Below are positions 1 to 12,570 of a stretch of DNA of 64,000 nucleotides, one piece after another. The translations under genes were made by a program, and so were the position numbers. The stretch is from contig OZ024743.1 of NCBI GenBank assembly GCA_964016885.1, positions 94,054,001-94,118,000 on the forward strand. Reading direction: 5' to 3'. Positions within the stretch are counted from its first letter, which is position 1. Each line of letters opens with the position of its first letter. This DNA comes from Eledone cirrhosa. Its lineage: Eukaryota. The notes under the pieces are model-generated. The model saw only the letters and a program-made list of their open reading frames with translations. It searched no databases and was not told where the DNA came from.

Positions 1-1096
1 GCTCAGTATGTAGGAAAGGTGTAGGTAGGAACTCCATTCTTTGCTCCAAATGCAAACAATGGGTACACAAGAGATGTAGCGGGATCTCAGGAAGCTTAAT
101 TAAGAATGTAGGATTCACATGCAGCAGCTGTGCTGAAACAGCAAGCAAACAGCCACAGGAAACAAGTACCACCAATCTCTGGGAGGGCCCTGTAGAAACA
201 GTAGACAGCTTCTGCTACCTAGGTGACCGAATTAGCAACGGAGGTGGGTGCTCAGAAAGTACAATAACTAGGGTAAGAACGGGATGGAAGAAGTTTAGGG
301 AACTACTACCACTGCTAGCTGCAAAAGGCTTCTCCCTCAGAATGAAAGGCAGACTGTATGATGCGTGTATCCGAACAGCGATGTTGCATGGTAGTGAGAC
401 CTGGGCGCTGAAGGTGGAAGACTTACGTAGATTAGAGAGAAACGAAGCCTGCATGCTCCGATGGATGTGTAACAGTAATATACGTGAACGACAAAGCATA
501 AATGAATTGAGAGAGAGACTGAGCATAAGAGGAATCAAATGCTGCGTGCAGGAGAGGCGGTTACGCTGGTATGGACATGTGATGCGTATGAAGGATGACA
601 GCTGCATAAAAAGGTGCAGAGCACTAGAAGTTGATGGAAACCGCGGAGTGGGGAGACCCAAGATGACTTGGGATGAGGTGATAAAAGCCGACCTTACCCA
701 ACTACACCTCTCAAAGTCAATGACACACGACCGTGACTTCTGGCGTCACGCAGTAATACAGGGTACCCGACCTCCCATGGGTACATGCTGAAGCATATAA
801 ACAATATGCCCCCCCCCCCCCCCCACCGCAAGGTGGTCGTGGAGGTGCCACGGCAAAAAAGCACCCAGCCCACACTGTAAAGTGGACGTGTAGGCGCCAC
901 GAAAAAGCACCCAGCACTCACTGTAAATGAGGTTGGTGTTAGGAAGGGCATCCAGCTGTAGAAATCAAGCCAGATCAGTTCCTGTATGAGCAAGGCATGG
1001 TCAGCCGACCAGACACTGCCCACAACAGGACAACCCGTCTAACCCATGCTAGCGTGGAAGAACGGACGTAAAACGGTGATGATGATGATGATGATG
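1..1096 (+). mobile_element. RTE-clade LINE, 3' part (end of ORF2, 3'UTR, (GAT)n tail)
   Basis: ORF to 791 with KGRLYDACIRTAMLHGSETW, RRLRWYGHVMR and GRPKMTW. 3'UTR has the GGTTGGTGTTAGGAAGGGCATCCAGC motif and ends in a GAT-repeat tail. Confidence 0.9.
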
Positions 1097-1134
1097 CTAA
1101 TTAAAGTATGTAACCATAGCAACAGAATACTTAC

Positions 1135-1266
1135 TATTAATGAATATAAGTGAACATCTTCATATAAGTACTCTTTTGGCCAAAATGACTGACGAAACTT
1201 TTCAGCTTCACTTTTCTTACAAGTGAAGAGGTAAGAACTAAGATGAGACAACCGGATACGAAGTAG
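1135..1266 (-). CDS. PLEKHM1: PLEKHM1-like exon 14 (RH domain); gene continues beyond position 1
   Basis: ttccag|CTA...ATA|gtaagt; 132 nt, phase 0->0. LLRIRLSHLSSYLFTCKKSEAEKFRQSFWPKEYLYEDVHLYSLI matches the RH pattern LR..L..L..YL.TC....YL....HLYS. Confidence 0.93.
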
Positions 1267-1457
1267 CTGGAAATAGAAGAAAGAACTGTTTAGAAAAGTA
1301 CACTGACCACTGGTTAACCCTTTCCTTACATTATTTTTAATGAAAGACACTGCCTATAATTTCCAAATAATTTTGAAAATAATACAAAATTTGGAGAGAT
1401 TTAGTAATATAATTAATGTTTTAATTAAGGTCATGTTTATAGCATTATGATACAATG

Positions 1458-1600
1458 ACGCATAGAGTTACGGCCCTTGCCATTCTGAGTTCAAATCCCG
1501 CCGAGGTTAACTTTGCCTTTCATCCTTACGGGGTCGATAAAATAAAGTACCAGTAATGCACTGGGTATTTGCTGGCCTTGTGCCAAAAGTAGAAACAATT
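1458..1600 (+). mobile_element. tRNA-derived SINE family 1 (Meta/Nin-like core), 5' truncated
   Basis: B-box GAGTTCAAATCCC, core GCCTTTCATCCTTACGGGGTCGATAAAATAAAGTACCAG and tail GGCCTTGTGCCAAAAGTAGAAACAATT. Near-identical to 29221-29393 (-). Confidence 0.8.
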
Positions 1601-1826
1601 ATGATACAATACCATTGACATTAAGTAAAATATGACAATTTTTTCAAATTTTTCTATAGCAGTCTTTTGTTTCCTCTAAAGAATTTCCTCTCACATACAT
1701 TCAAAGATGACACCACACACACACACACACACACACACAAAGAGCTATTTTGACCATGAAAGAACATACAAAAACTAGGCTATGAGCAGCAATAGAGAGT
1801 CTCAAACCATATCTCTTCTGCCTCAC

Positions 1827-1939
1827 CTTTACATCTCTCATATCAGAAATGTAGTTATACAATTCAGGATTAACCTTTCCAATGTCAATCAATGGATATT
1901 CTTGGATTTCCTTCAGGAATTCCAAATTCTTTACAGAGA
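1827..1939 (-). CDS. PLEKHM1: PLEKHM1-like exon 13 (RH domain)
   Basis: tttcag|TCTCT...GTAAAG|gtgagg; 113 nt, phase 1->0. VSVKNLEFLKEIQEYPLIDIGKVNPELYNYISDMRDVK. Confidence 0.93.
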
Positions 1940-2074
1940 CTGAAAGAAAAAAAATAAAGTGTTGTTATTTGTTCAAACAATTTAGACTGGTGTAGATAGC
2001 CTAAGTGTGCATATGTGAGTGAATTGATGTGTTAATGTGTGTATATATGGAAAAAGGATGATGATAAATAAATA

Positions 2075-2425
2075 TGATCATCATGATCATCATTGATTAA
2101 CGTCTATCTTCCACGCAAGCATGGGTTAGATGGGTTTGTCCTATTTAGAGGCAAGTTGGGTTGGATGACCGTGTCTCACTTATATAGGAGTGTTTCTGGC
2201 TGGTTTTCTACGGCTGGATGCCCTTCCTAATGCCACCCACATTTACAGTGTGTGCTGGGTGCTTTTTGCCATGTCTTTTACATGTCCACTTTACAGTGTA
2301 GGCTGGGTACGTTTTGTCATGACACCTACACGATCACTTTACAGTGTGGGCTGGGTGTGATTTGTCACGACACCTACATGATTCCTTTACAGCGTGGGCT
2401 GGATGTTTTGTGGTACCAGCATTTA
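2075..2425 (-). mobile_element. RTE LINE 3'UTR fragment with ~48-bp internal repeats
   Basis: (ATC)n tail, reverse complement of the RTE 3' end, and repeated TTTACAGTGTGGGCTGGGTG units. Confidence 0.8.
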
Positions 2426-2717
2426 AATATACCATGACTCTCTATCATTTTTCCTCTACTATAATCTTCTTACACCACCTTCTTCTTCTCACTCCCACCC
2501 TAATACCTGCAACATGTCCAATCTCAAATCTTTTTTAAGACATTTTTTTCCAATTCCACCCCGCCCATCCCTTCAATCTATCTTATTTCTCATTCTTTCT
2601 TCTTATGACCCTCTTCCTGCTATTTCAAGCGTTAACCTAATATATTCCTCCATATACTGTACCGATTGTGTTGTTATTTCTGTTTACCTTTTACATACAT
2701 ATATATATATATATATA

Positions 2718-3400
2718 GAATAGCAATGCTGCAGGGCAGTGAGATGTGAGTCTTGAATGCAGAAGATTTGTGGTAGCTAAAAAGTGTTCGTGAATGAATG
2801 AGAACAAGTGAGAGAAAAGCTGAATTTAAGTGGAAATGAATGTAATATACAAAAGAGATGATTGCAGTGGTATGGATATGTGATGTGTAAGGAGGGTGAG
2901 ACAAATATAAAAAAGTGGATGGAACCTATGAAAGAGAGAGACCAAGGAAGATATCTGAGGAAGTTGTGAAGAATGACCTCCTGACTGATGATATGCTATA
3001 ATACAACAGACCTGTCAACATGCACTGGGATGCTAAAAGTAAATGTGGTGAAAGATCAGAGGCTGAAGTGTTTTGTAATCAAATGGAGACAATGTAGCAT
3101 TTGAGAGGACTCTTTAGTCTGGCCTAGCATGTAACAACCTCTCAAGTGCTGGCACCATTGTAAAATACATCCAGTATATCCTGTAAAGTGTTAATGTTGA
3201 TGCCATGATAAAATACACTTAGTCCACCCTGTAAAGTGTTAAATTTGGTATCGCGCAAAGTGCACCCAGTACAACCTATAAGGTGCTTGGCATTAAGAAA
3301 GGCATCCAGCTGTGGATACCATGACAAATAGAGGATGTAACAAGCAAAATGGGTTGCTGTTCAAACCTGTTTGGTCTCAGACCATGACAGCCCATCCAAC
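2718..3400 (+). mobile_element. Decayed RTE ORF2/3'UTR fragments
   Basis: Degenerate AMLQGSE and WYGYV codons, minisatellite-like units and AGAAAGGCATCCAGCTG. Confidence 0.55.
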
Positions 3401-4377
3401 TCATATATGTAGATAGATAGATAAGAAAAATCAACATAAAAAAAAAACAATGCAAGAGAACAAAATGATACAACAATGGCATGTTAATATAATGCTTAAT
3501 AGAGTTGGAAAAGAGTCTAAACATTTTGGATGCTAATCCTTCACCAGAAAATAGAAACAGAGATGATGTTCATATGAGAATAGAAAAAAGAAGGCAGACA
3601 AGAATACAAGAAAATGAAAACGGGGAGGAGAAAACATATGTTGTTGCAAGTTAGACATCTTTAGAAAAACAAAAACTATAGACAAGTATATATGAAATTT
3701 TACAACTAGTTCCATAGAAAAAGGCAAAATAAGAAATTTCTAACAAGTATATGGTGATATTTTATATTAAAAAATTGTATAGGCTGTGAATTGATAGATT
3801 TGTTAGGTCATTGGATACAGCGCTTTGCAGTATTCTTTCTGGATCTCTGCTCGCTGAGTTCAAATCCTGCTGAGGTCAACTTTGCCTTTCATCCATGGAG
3901 TTAAGTGAGGATTTCAATTTCTTTGTTAACATAATATACACATATCCATTCTTCTTTAAATATAAACAATTCTCTGTTTTGATTGTTATTATCACTGTAT
4001 AACAACGTTGGAGAAGTGTAATAACATTAATACCTTTTTACTTAATATACAAAATCTCATGCCATGAAATGTCATTGACATTATATAAAAATAATTGAGC
4101 AGTATCTAATAAAAACAAAACACACTACTAAAGAGAACAGAAAAGGAGAAAAAGAAAGAAAGGATCAAGCTGTAAAAGAAGTGGAGGGGGGGGGGGGGGG
4201 GCAGTCACAACACTCCAGTCTGAGCAGTGCCTCAGCCATGCCCTGGGGACAAAACAGTTGTAGAGGGTGATTCATTGAAATAAATGGGGTCCTTGGTAAT
4301 GAAAAGGTTTGGAAACCACTGATATAGTGGGGAAGGAGTTGTCATATGGTATTAATTAGTTATATAGTGATTTACAT

Positions 4378-4606
4378 TTAACCCTTTAGCATTTACATTA
4401 TTCTATATTTACTATTGTATTTTCACCATAAACGCTTTATTTCACATAATTATCTCATATAATATCAAATCTATGAGATCTTGATATTAGGTATTTTGAG
4501 AACAATACCTTAACATAAATATGAGTAGCTGGTTACAGCCAGTTTGAACAGAAAGAGGTGAGAGAATTCTGGCTGGATATGGCCGGTTTAAATGCTAAAG
4601 GGTTAA
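4378..4606. mobile_element. TTAA-flanked MITE family A (piggyBac-like ends)
   Basis: TTAA-CCCTTTAGCATTTA...TAAATGCTAAAGGG-TTAA terminal inverted repeats. Other copies at 20669-21342 and 30646-30846. Confidence 0.8.
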
Positions 4607-4650
4607 AGATATAGAATGATGTTAGAACATGATGACAATGTTAAACTTAC

Positions 4651-4773
4651 CTTTGTATTTGCTAAAATCCCAGTTGAATATAATTTTTGCTGGAATATAG
4701 AACTCTCCATTGTGGTGACAGTCAGAGCAGTAATAACAACCATCATAGGCACAGACTAGAGGTTTACCAAATA
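4651..4773 (-). CDS. PLEKHM1: PLEKHM1-like exon 12 (RH domain)
   Basis: tgacag|TATTT...AAAG|gtaagt; 123 nt, phase 1->1. [40 protein letters not shown] carries the RH signature YYC..CH....IPARI..NWDF. Confidence 0.96.
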
Positions 4774-4984
4774 CTGTCAAAAACATTATACAACATTAAT
4801 AGTAATTATATGATGACAAACAACTCACTAAAGAGTATAAACACCCTTTTATCTTTTAAGATGTAGTGTCTACATCTGATTCTTCTGAGTTCAAGGTTTT
4901 GTAGATTGAAGCTGCGAGAGCATCGGCTACTGATAGCCAGGTTGTTTATGGAATCTTGTGAAGTCGTCTGAGCCAAGTAATGAC

Positions 4985-5945
4985 TTACACCCAGTTTTTC
5001 TCTCAGTTCATCCATGTCACATTGTTTCTGCATACCAACATTACACATCCAACAGACCATGCTGACTTCATTTTTCCCCAGCCTTCATATATCCTCTGCA
5101 TTTAGGCTCACGTCTCACTGTCATGCAACATTGCACTTCTCACACAAGCATCATACAATCTATCCTTTGCTCTTAGAGAAAATCCCTTTGTTGTCAACAA
5201 CAGTAGTATCTCCCTGAAATGTTTCCAGTTTGTTCTTATTGTAGCTATTATGCTTTCAGAGCAACCTCCTCCACTGTTAATTAGATCACCTAAGTAACAA
5301 AAATTATCAACTACCTCTAAGGTACCTTCCCACCATTAGGAAAGGTTTATTTCTATCCACTATTCCAGAGCATCAGCCACATCTATCATCTATCTTTTCT
5401 GTTAGCCTGCTTACAATCCCACAACACCTCTTGTGTACCCATATTTTATTTACATTATGAATATCATATAAACTTTCTATTTACTACTTTATATATATAT
5501 AGCAAGGTCACTTGACTGGTGATATCAGAGTTGTGTTCTCTTTCCTACTTACTAAAACTTTGGTCTTTGCTAGGTTTACTCTGAGCCCTTTTGATTTTAA
5601 GTTGTTTCCACAACAGGAATTTCTTCTCAAGCTCTTCCAGATTTGGCTAACCCTACCCTCTCTTTTAGCTACTTGGTATCATTCTACCCTATTTTCTGAG
5701 AGCATGAAATCAACTGAGCCTCAATGAACACCTGCCCCCTGCACACTGAATTCCTCACAAAACTCATTACATACTCTCACTTAACTGACACCACTTCTGT
5801 ACATAGCTTGTACTGCTTTCATGAATCACTCATCTATATCCAATTTTCTTAAGGACCACCAGATAACAGATCATAGTACTCTGTCAAAGGCCTTTTCCAG
5901 ATTAACAAAAGCTAGATATAGCAGCTTACACTTAGTTTGGAACTT
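4985..5945 (-). mobile_element. Decayed RTE LINE ORF2 fragment
   Basis: Reverse strand gives YLAFVNLEKAFDRV, NLAKTKV, FCYLGD and ELREKLG remnants with frameshifts. Confidence 0.8.
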
Positions 5946-6224
5946 TCTTGTAATTGTCTCACTAAAAAGAAGGAATACGTGGTGTTCCTTCCTATATACT
6001 TGTGTTATAGGGCATTTCTTAATTGGTAGCTGGGGCTGTGATTATGTTGCTATAATCACCAAAACCATGGTATAATAAGGAAAAAGCACTCAATTTCATA
6101 TGTATTCTACCAATTTTTATATGATATTGCATGGGCAGCGCAGGACAGAGTTAAATACATTAATAATACAACACAAAGGCTAGATTTCATAACTTCTTTA
6201 ATTATGCAATTAAGCATAATAAGT

Positions 6225-6415
6225 TAGATTTTACGGGCAAAACCAACTGGCAGGAGAAGCAGACCCTGAGCAAGATGCTTGGATAACAGCCAAGAGCTTG
6301 GTTGGTCTTGCTTTGGGAGATGGTTGCTTATAACAAGACCTGCTGCAGAAGTGTTTGAGGACTCTGCCCATATGACTCTCTTAGGAATAAGTGGATGAAG
6401 AAGAAGCAACAGCAT
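6225..6415 (+). mobile_element. Rex3/Expander-like RTE 3' fragment
   Basis: Shares AGATTTTACGGGCAAAACCAACTGGCAGGAGA...GTGTTTGAGGACTCTGCC with 39640-39960. Confidence 0.6.
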
Positions 6416-6688
6416 AAGTAATTTTGCAGAGAAATGGTTACGTCATGATATCATGACACAATCCATGACATGATGTATTCAGATGGCCCTTTAGGTAATC
6501 CATTTGTAAGGTACTGTAATGTATTGATATGGAGACAACTGCATTTGATGATGTTATTCTAATGACTTCATTATTGAAATATTAAATAGTAACACCATAT
6601 GGCCTCACTATTTAATATTTCAAGTCCAGAAAGTTCACTAAATACATTACATGCAGATTTTCATGCTTAGTCTTTATATTATCTATGA

Positions 6689-6726
<38 letters not shown>

Positions 6727-6982
6727 AGTACACACTGTAAAACGGTAGTGCTGATACCACATTAGAATGTACTTAGGAAGGGCATTGCCAAAATATAGAA
6801 TATATATGCAGCACTGGGTCATCTGACCTGTCTAGTTTCAGACCTTGCTGACCTGTCCAACCCTTGCCAACATGGAAAATGGACATAATATGATGACAAG
6901 ACAAGACACACACAAATAGATTACTTTTATTGAGTTTCTAAAGACTGAAGCTAAATAGAGACAGGATAAAGTAGAAACTTAC

Positions 6983-7085
6983 ATAAACCAACAGGTGATG
7001 GGCAGTTCTTACATCGGTAGTTTTGAGAAGCAATACCTTTTTCATTACAAATTCGCATCAAGTTTGCAATCCGCACTTTAGAATC
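6983..7085 (-). CDS. PLEKHM1: PLEKHM1-like exon 11 (start of RH domain)
   Basis: ttccag|GAT...TTAT|gtaagt; 103 nt, phase 0->1. DSKVRIANLMRICNEKGIASQNYRCKNCPSPVGL matches EKGL.SQ...C..C of PLEKHM1/DEF8/Rubicon. Confidence 0.93.
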
Positions 7086-7932
7086 CTGGAATGTATTCAA
7101 AATATACATGACACCAACACTGTCAACATTAGTGTGTTTGTGTATATGAAAACAAATATGTAAAGTAGTCAACAGTGGTAAAAAATATAAATTTTGTTTT
7201 AATATTTTATCACCATATTATGCTAATCCCTCAGTTCACATAGTTTATGAAATAGAATAAGTCAAACCAAAATCCAATTTCAGTTTATCATTAAAAAATA
7301 TTTTTGTATTAATATACATTTATAAAACATAAGAATTCAATGAGAAATATCGTTAAAAATCATAAAAAACACAGTGACAACAAAAGGAAAGGAAAAAATG
7401 ATCAATCATTACATTGGATGAAGAATTTATGTCTCCATTAGTCTTTCTATTGTTAATACTATCTGCTGGTCACAACTTCTGGCAGAGGGAGCCAGGATTG
7501 AATTTAGGAAATTATGTTTCCATTGCTCTTTCTATTGCTGATACTATCTGTTAGTCACAACTTCTGGCAGAAGGAGCTAGGATTTGAACTCATAATACAC
7601 AGTGTTGGATCAGGTACTGCAAAGAATCCCAGTCAACTGTTTAACAATTTTACCAATCCATCACCACTGGATTGGTATTTATAAATTCCGAAAAGATGAA
7701 AGGCAAATTGACCATGTCAGGATTTGAATTTAGAGCACAGAGAGCCAAAATAAATATTGAGATATTTAATCAGAGACTCTAATGACTCTGCTAATTTGTC
7801 ACAAAAAAAAAAAGCAAGAGTACAAAAGAATTGTTCTTTACATATATAACCTCAAATAGATAAATACAGATAAATATAATTACACATAAGCATAGATAAA
7901 CAGATTACATATAGTCAGAGGTAAACTGACAT

Positions 7933-8381
7933 AAACCCTTTTGTTACCATATATCTAATGAAATACATTGTATTCGAATAAATTAATGAAAAATTTGGAT
8001 GGATCTATTTACTCTTAACATCTTGTAATGAGTCAGCAGAGGATATCTAAAACAGGACCTGATAATTTAAATGTTTAAAGTATATATATATTAGTGGATA
8101 GATTGTTGTGAAAATTTCTAATATTAGACTAAATATTAATTTTTAATGTTGAGTCATAGAGATATTTAGTACTTTTCAGTAATGTTTGTTAATGCAGTTT
8201 CATGTGGTATAGGATGTTAATAGTTTAAATTATTAATAATTTAATATTAAGATGGTATATTTAGTATACTGAAACAAATTATGTTGGAAGATTTTAATTT
8301 AAACAGGAACCTTTTAAAATGAATGGTTTTGTTTAATAGAACCAGGGGAAGTTTTGGGGGAAACTGGTATCAAAAGGGTTC
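7933..8381. mobile_element. AT-rich MITE-like family B
   Basis: AACCCTTTTGTTACCA...TGGTATCAAAAGGGTT inverted ends. Related segments at about 1315-1440, 14335-14520, 20580-21460, 25880-26470, 29165-29480, 35000-35320 and 38905-39225. Confidence 0.6.
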
Positions 8382-9020
8382 AATACATGATTCTATGTCA
8401 TTCCATTCAAATATTAATCTGAACAAATTGTGTTGGATCACCATCATTCCGATGACAAGTGTTCTTATTCAATCAATGGAGCAGCCTGTTCCTGAAATGT
8501 GTAACTGGCTGTTCACTCCCTTATAGTTCTTGGGAAGATTGAGGGTCATACAGTGTGTAGTAAAGCTGGCCCTATGAATTACAGGTACAGTCTATCTTGT
8601 ATTATAGTATAACTAACTACACTCTTAATATAGTTCTCAGGGAGATTCAGCTTGACACAAACACAGGTCATTTTTGCCAGCTGAGTGGACTGAAGCAACA
8701 TGAAATAAAGTGTCTTGCTCAAGGACAAAATGCATGGTTGGGAATACATTTTATGACATTATAATTGTGAGCTGAACACGAACAACAAAGCATGCTTTCA
8801 CAAGTTAATATATGATAAATATTAAAAACAAAAAAAAACAATTAAAATAATAAAACGAATAAAATAAAATATAAAAAATATTACAAAAGTAGAAAACAAT
8901 AATTAGAGTAATTAGAATGTTTGTTAATATAATAAATTAAAATAAAATAATATTAGACTATCAGTTGGTGTTATAAGTACAAATATAATAGTATCTATCT
9001 ACCTAGTTACTTACCTAACC

Positions 9021-9065
<45 letters not shown>

Positions 9066-10345
9066 GTTGAAAACAAAGTAAGGTTTCACATTAAGGTCTT
9101 TATTGATTATACAGACGGGTGGCCCAGGATCTGTATAAATGCTATAGATCTGACTCCAACCCGATCTGCTCATCAGAGCAAAGCAAAAATCTATACATAC
9201 ACATACACGCATGTGTATATCTTCTTCATTTTACATGTTTTTCCCCCCTGGCATTTGTTGGATGGGTTATTACAGATGAAGTTAATACTTAATTGGAGCT
9301 ACAGTCTTCCGAGATGGGTTGGGAGATTACATCTCTTCCAGATATGGTCCATTTGGTTTCAATGACTAAATGTCTTTTCTATCATCAACTATTTTACAGA
9401 GTGTACTGGGTGCAGTTTATCATGACACTAAAACTAGAATCTTGTTATCAGCATTGTTTCCAAAACTAGATTCGCCTTTTTAATAAAACATGATTAGCCA
9501 GATGCCAATTATTCAGACGACAAACATCACTGTTATGTCGATGTATACATTCAATATTTACATTTACACTTACCACTGAGTTAATACTATTTAAAACAAA
9601 AGGTTAGTAGCAAGAAGGGCAATCAGCAGCACAACACTACTTCAAAAAAGTCCTGTCCAGCCCTGGCCAGCATGGACAAACAGACATAAAAAATATGATG
9701 ATGATCATCATGATAATGATAACTGTTTTGATCAATTGATATCAATTGCAACATCAAACCAATCAGGAATGTTCTTTGTCGACTGAGATGGTTTGGCCAC
9801 GTACTTCGGTGTCAACTGGGTGAATCATCCGCAAAGCAGTTCAAGGATGGTGCAAATGACGTGGTGAACAGCTGAAAACTTGGTTGCACACTGAAAAGCT
9901 ATGTCAAAATCCACCCAGCCCCAAGTGTGTTCGATACCCACCATTGGAATCACAATCGGTTGTTCCTCACTGATTCAACTGCTTCCAATCATCGTGCATG
10001 GTCTGCATTTGTGAGGGACACTGAATTCCTTCGATGGAGCTGGCTCAACCTACCCCAGGTGAACGCTGTCACAAGTACAAGTAGTAAGTAAATACCTATT
10101 CTGTCCCAATTTTGAATTTGAACCAAGAACCGTTACTTCTAAATGGACAGTACCAGTAATTCAATGAACCAGCCTTATCACACACACTGTATCAAGCTGA
10201 ATCTCCTTCAGAATTACGTTAAGGGTACACATGTTTGTAGAATGTTTAGCTATTTGCAGATGGACTTCAGGTCTTTGATTGAATAATTGGAACACTTGCT
10301 GAAACTGATGGAACATTATATTTCATGACATTTTGAGGCTATGAC

Positions 10346-10347
<2 letters not shown>

Positions 10348-10416
<69 letters not shown>
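10348..10416. repeat. (CT)n(TA)n compound microsatellite
   Basis: Directly visible; abuts the Tc1/mariner left end. Confidence 0.95.
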
Positions 10417-10420
<4 letters not shown>

Positions 10421-10422
<2 letters not shown>

Positions 10423-11705
10423 GGATGTGAATGATATTTGTTCGCAATTTTCAACTGCTAATTTTATGCAAATTTTTTTTACTTCCATTGTCACTCTTGT
10501 CTTCATAAAAACAGTGACTATATTTCCATTATTTATTTTCAGAATAATTGATTATGAATAATTTTGAACCTCCAAATTTGTGGAAGAGACACGGAGTTCT
10601 TCTTGTAATCCGCACCGGGAGGACAAATAAGGAAATTTCAGACTTTCTCACCGTCAGCAGGAGAATGGTGGAAAAGGTCAGAAAGGAATTGGAAGATTCA
10701 GGATTCGACTACGAAGCAACATCAGAGAGGAAAACACATGATCAACGATCTGACGCCTTCAGAACGCCCGAGTTTGTCGCTGAAGTTCAGGATATCATCA
10801 ACAATGAACCTAGCAAGTCGATGCGTGCCATTGCAAGGGAGAAAGACGTGGATGAAAAGCCCATTAGGCTGGTGGTACATGAAGACATTCGCTACGTTTC
10901 ATACAAGATGAGGAAAGGACAATTTCTGTCAAAGGCGATGCAAGAAAAGCGACTGAAGCATGCAAAGAAGCTGATCAACAAGTTGAAACACCCATTGGAG
11001 CCAGACATGCTGTGGTTTTTCTCCGACGAGAAAAACTTCTGCCAAGAACAGAAGATCAACTTCCAGAGCAACAGGTGGCTCGCTGTCTCATCCAAAGACG
11101 TGCCCAGAGTCATGCAGACAAAGTTTCCAGCGACAACATTGGTCTTAGGTGTTATCAGCAGTCAAGGTGATGTCATGCCACCTCATTTCTTCCCTGAGGG
11201 CCTCAGCTGAACACCGATAGCTACATCCATGTTCTGAGCGAGGCAGTAAAGCCCTGGATCGACAAGGTAGCTGCAGGTAGGCCATATGTGTGGCAGCAAG
11301 ACTCAGTGCCCTGCCATACCAGCCGAAAGACCCAAGCCTGGTTGTCAGAAAACTTCGTCGACCACACTTCACCTGACATCTGGCCTCCCAGCTCGCCTTC
11401 TTTGTATGGGGCGCAGTGGAATGAGACACCAACATATCTAGCTGCAATACGAAAGACGATCTGAAGGCCAGGATCACAAGTGCCTTTAGGGGCCTAAGTC
11501 GGGGGACAGTGACGAAGGCCTGTAGCCGGTTCCGAGGCCGCCTTGAGGCCGACATCAAATCCAATGGCGGGTTTATCGAGTGAGATCGAAAGAACAAGTC
11601 ATGAAGACAAACTGACCCAAGTTTGATAAATATATCTTAAAAAATAAAACTAGTGTTATTTTTTCCTAGACAGTAATCTTGCAAACAAATATCTTCCGCA
11701 CCCTG
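10421..11705 (+). mobile_element. Tc1/mariner transposon, maT (DD37D/Bmmar1-like) type, inactive
   Basis: Imperfect ~27-bp TIRs CAGGATGTGAATGATATTTGTTCGCAA / TTGCAAACAAATATCTTCCGCACCCTG, with TA on the right. Transposase from ~10554 has FFSDEKNF, a frameshift near 11205, then VWQQDS and WPPSSP. The NPLD motif carrying the third Asp is deleted. Confidence 0.9.
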
Positions 11706-11754
11706 TATATATACATATATACGTGGAATGTAGAAAAGTAACACGCGAGTTGAT

Positions 11755-12314
11755 ATATATATAAATAAATAGTAAAAAGTAAAAAAATTCAGTAGAAAAT
11801 GCTGGAGAGATTTTTTTCAGTATAATATCAAAACATTTATTTATAAAGTGGGTATTTCTGCATTTAATAGTGGTACCGGTTTCAGCATTATATGTATTGT
11901 CAACTGCGGATGTGCATGGTGCAGTTAAGTTGCATTTTTATACAAATGATAAAAAAAGGAAGAAAAATTATTAGTTTTTACATACATATTTAGAGAGGAG
12001 AGTTCATATCTCTGTTCATATCTCATCTGTTAGCTATCTAATAGAGAATGAAGGACAACCATGGACAGAGATATGAACTCTCCTCTCTAAATATGTATGT
12101 AAAAACTAATAATTTTTCTTCTCCTTTTTTATATTTGTATAAAAATGCAACTTAACTGCACCATGCACATCTGCAGTTGACAATACATATAATGCTGAAA
12201 CCGGTACCACTATTAGATGCAGAAATACCCACTTTATAAATAAATGTTTTGATATTATACTGAAAAAAATCTCTCCACCATTTTCTACTGAATTTTTTTA
12301 CTTTTTACTATTTG

Positions 12315-12325
<11 letters not shown>
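11755..12325. repeat. Long fold-back inverted repeat (~260-bp arms, ~41-nt loop) in a (TA)n tract
   Basis: 11761-12019 is the near-perfect reverse complement of 12061-12320. Confidence 0.95.
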
Positions 12326-12353
<28 letters not shown>

Positions 12354-12356
<3 letters not shown>

Positions 12357-12482
12357 GATATTAACAAATGGAAACTATATTTATAAAACTATATTTATTT
12401 CATTATACATATTTCAAGGACACCCAGTTAAATTATGGTGTGCTTTCATCAGACAAAATTTGTTCCATTTGTTAATATCGTA
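12354..12482. repeat. Short inverted-repeat element with hammerhead-like core
   Basis: TACGATATTAACAAATGGAA...TTCCATTTGTTAATATCGTA 20-bp perfect inverted ends. The minus strand carries CTGATGA-stem-GAAA. Confidence 0.8.
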
Positions 12483-12570
12483 TGTTTACTCCAAATACTT
12501 GTTGAGTGCTTTATATCAGTTATAAAAATATTTGCTTGTTGTATCCCAACAATTTAAATAAAACTTTTGC

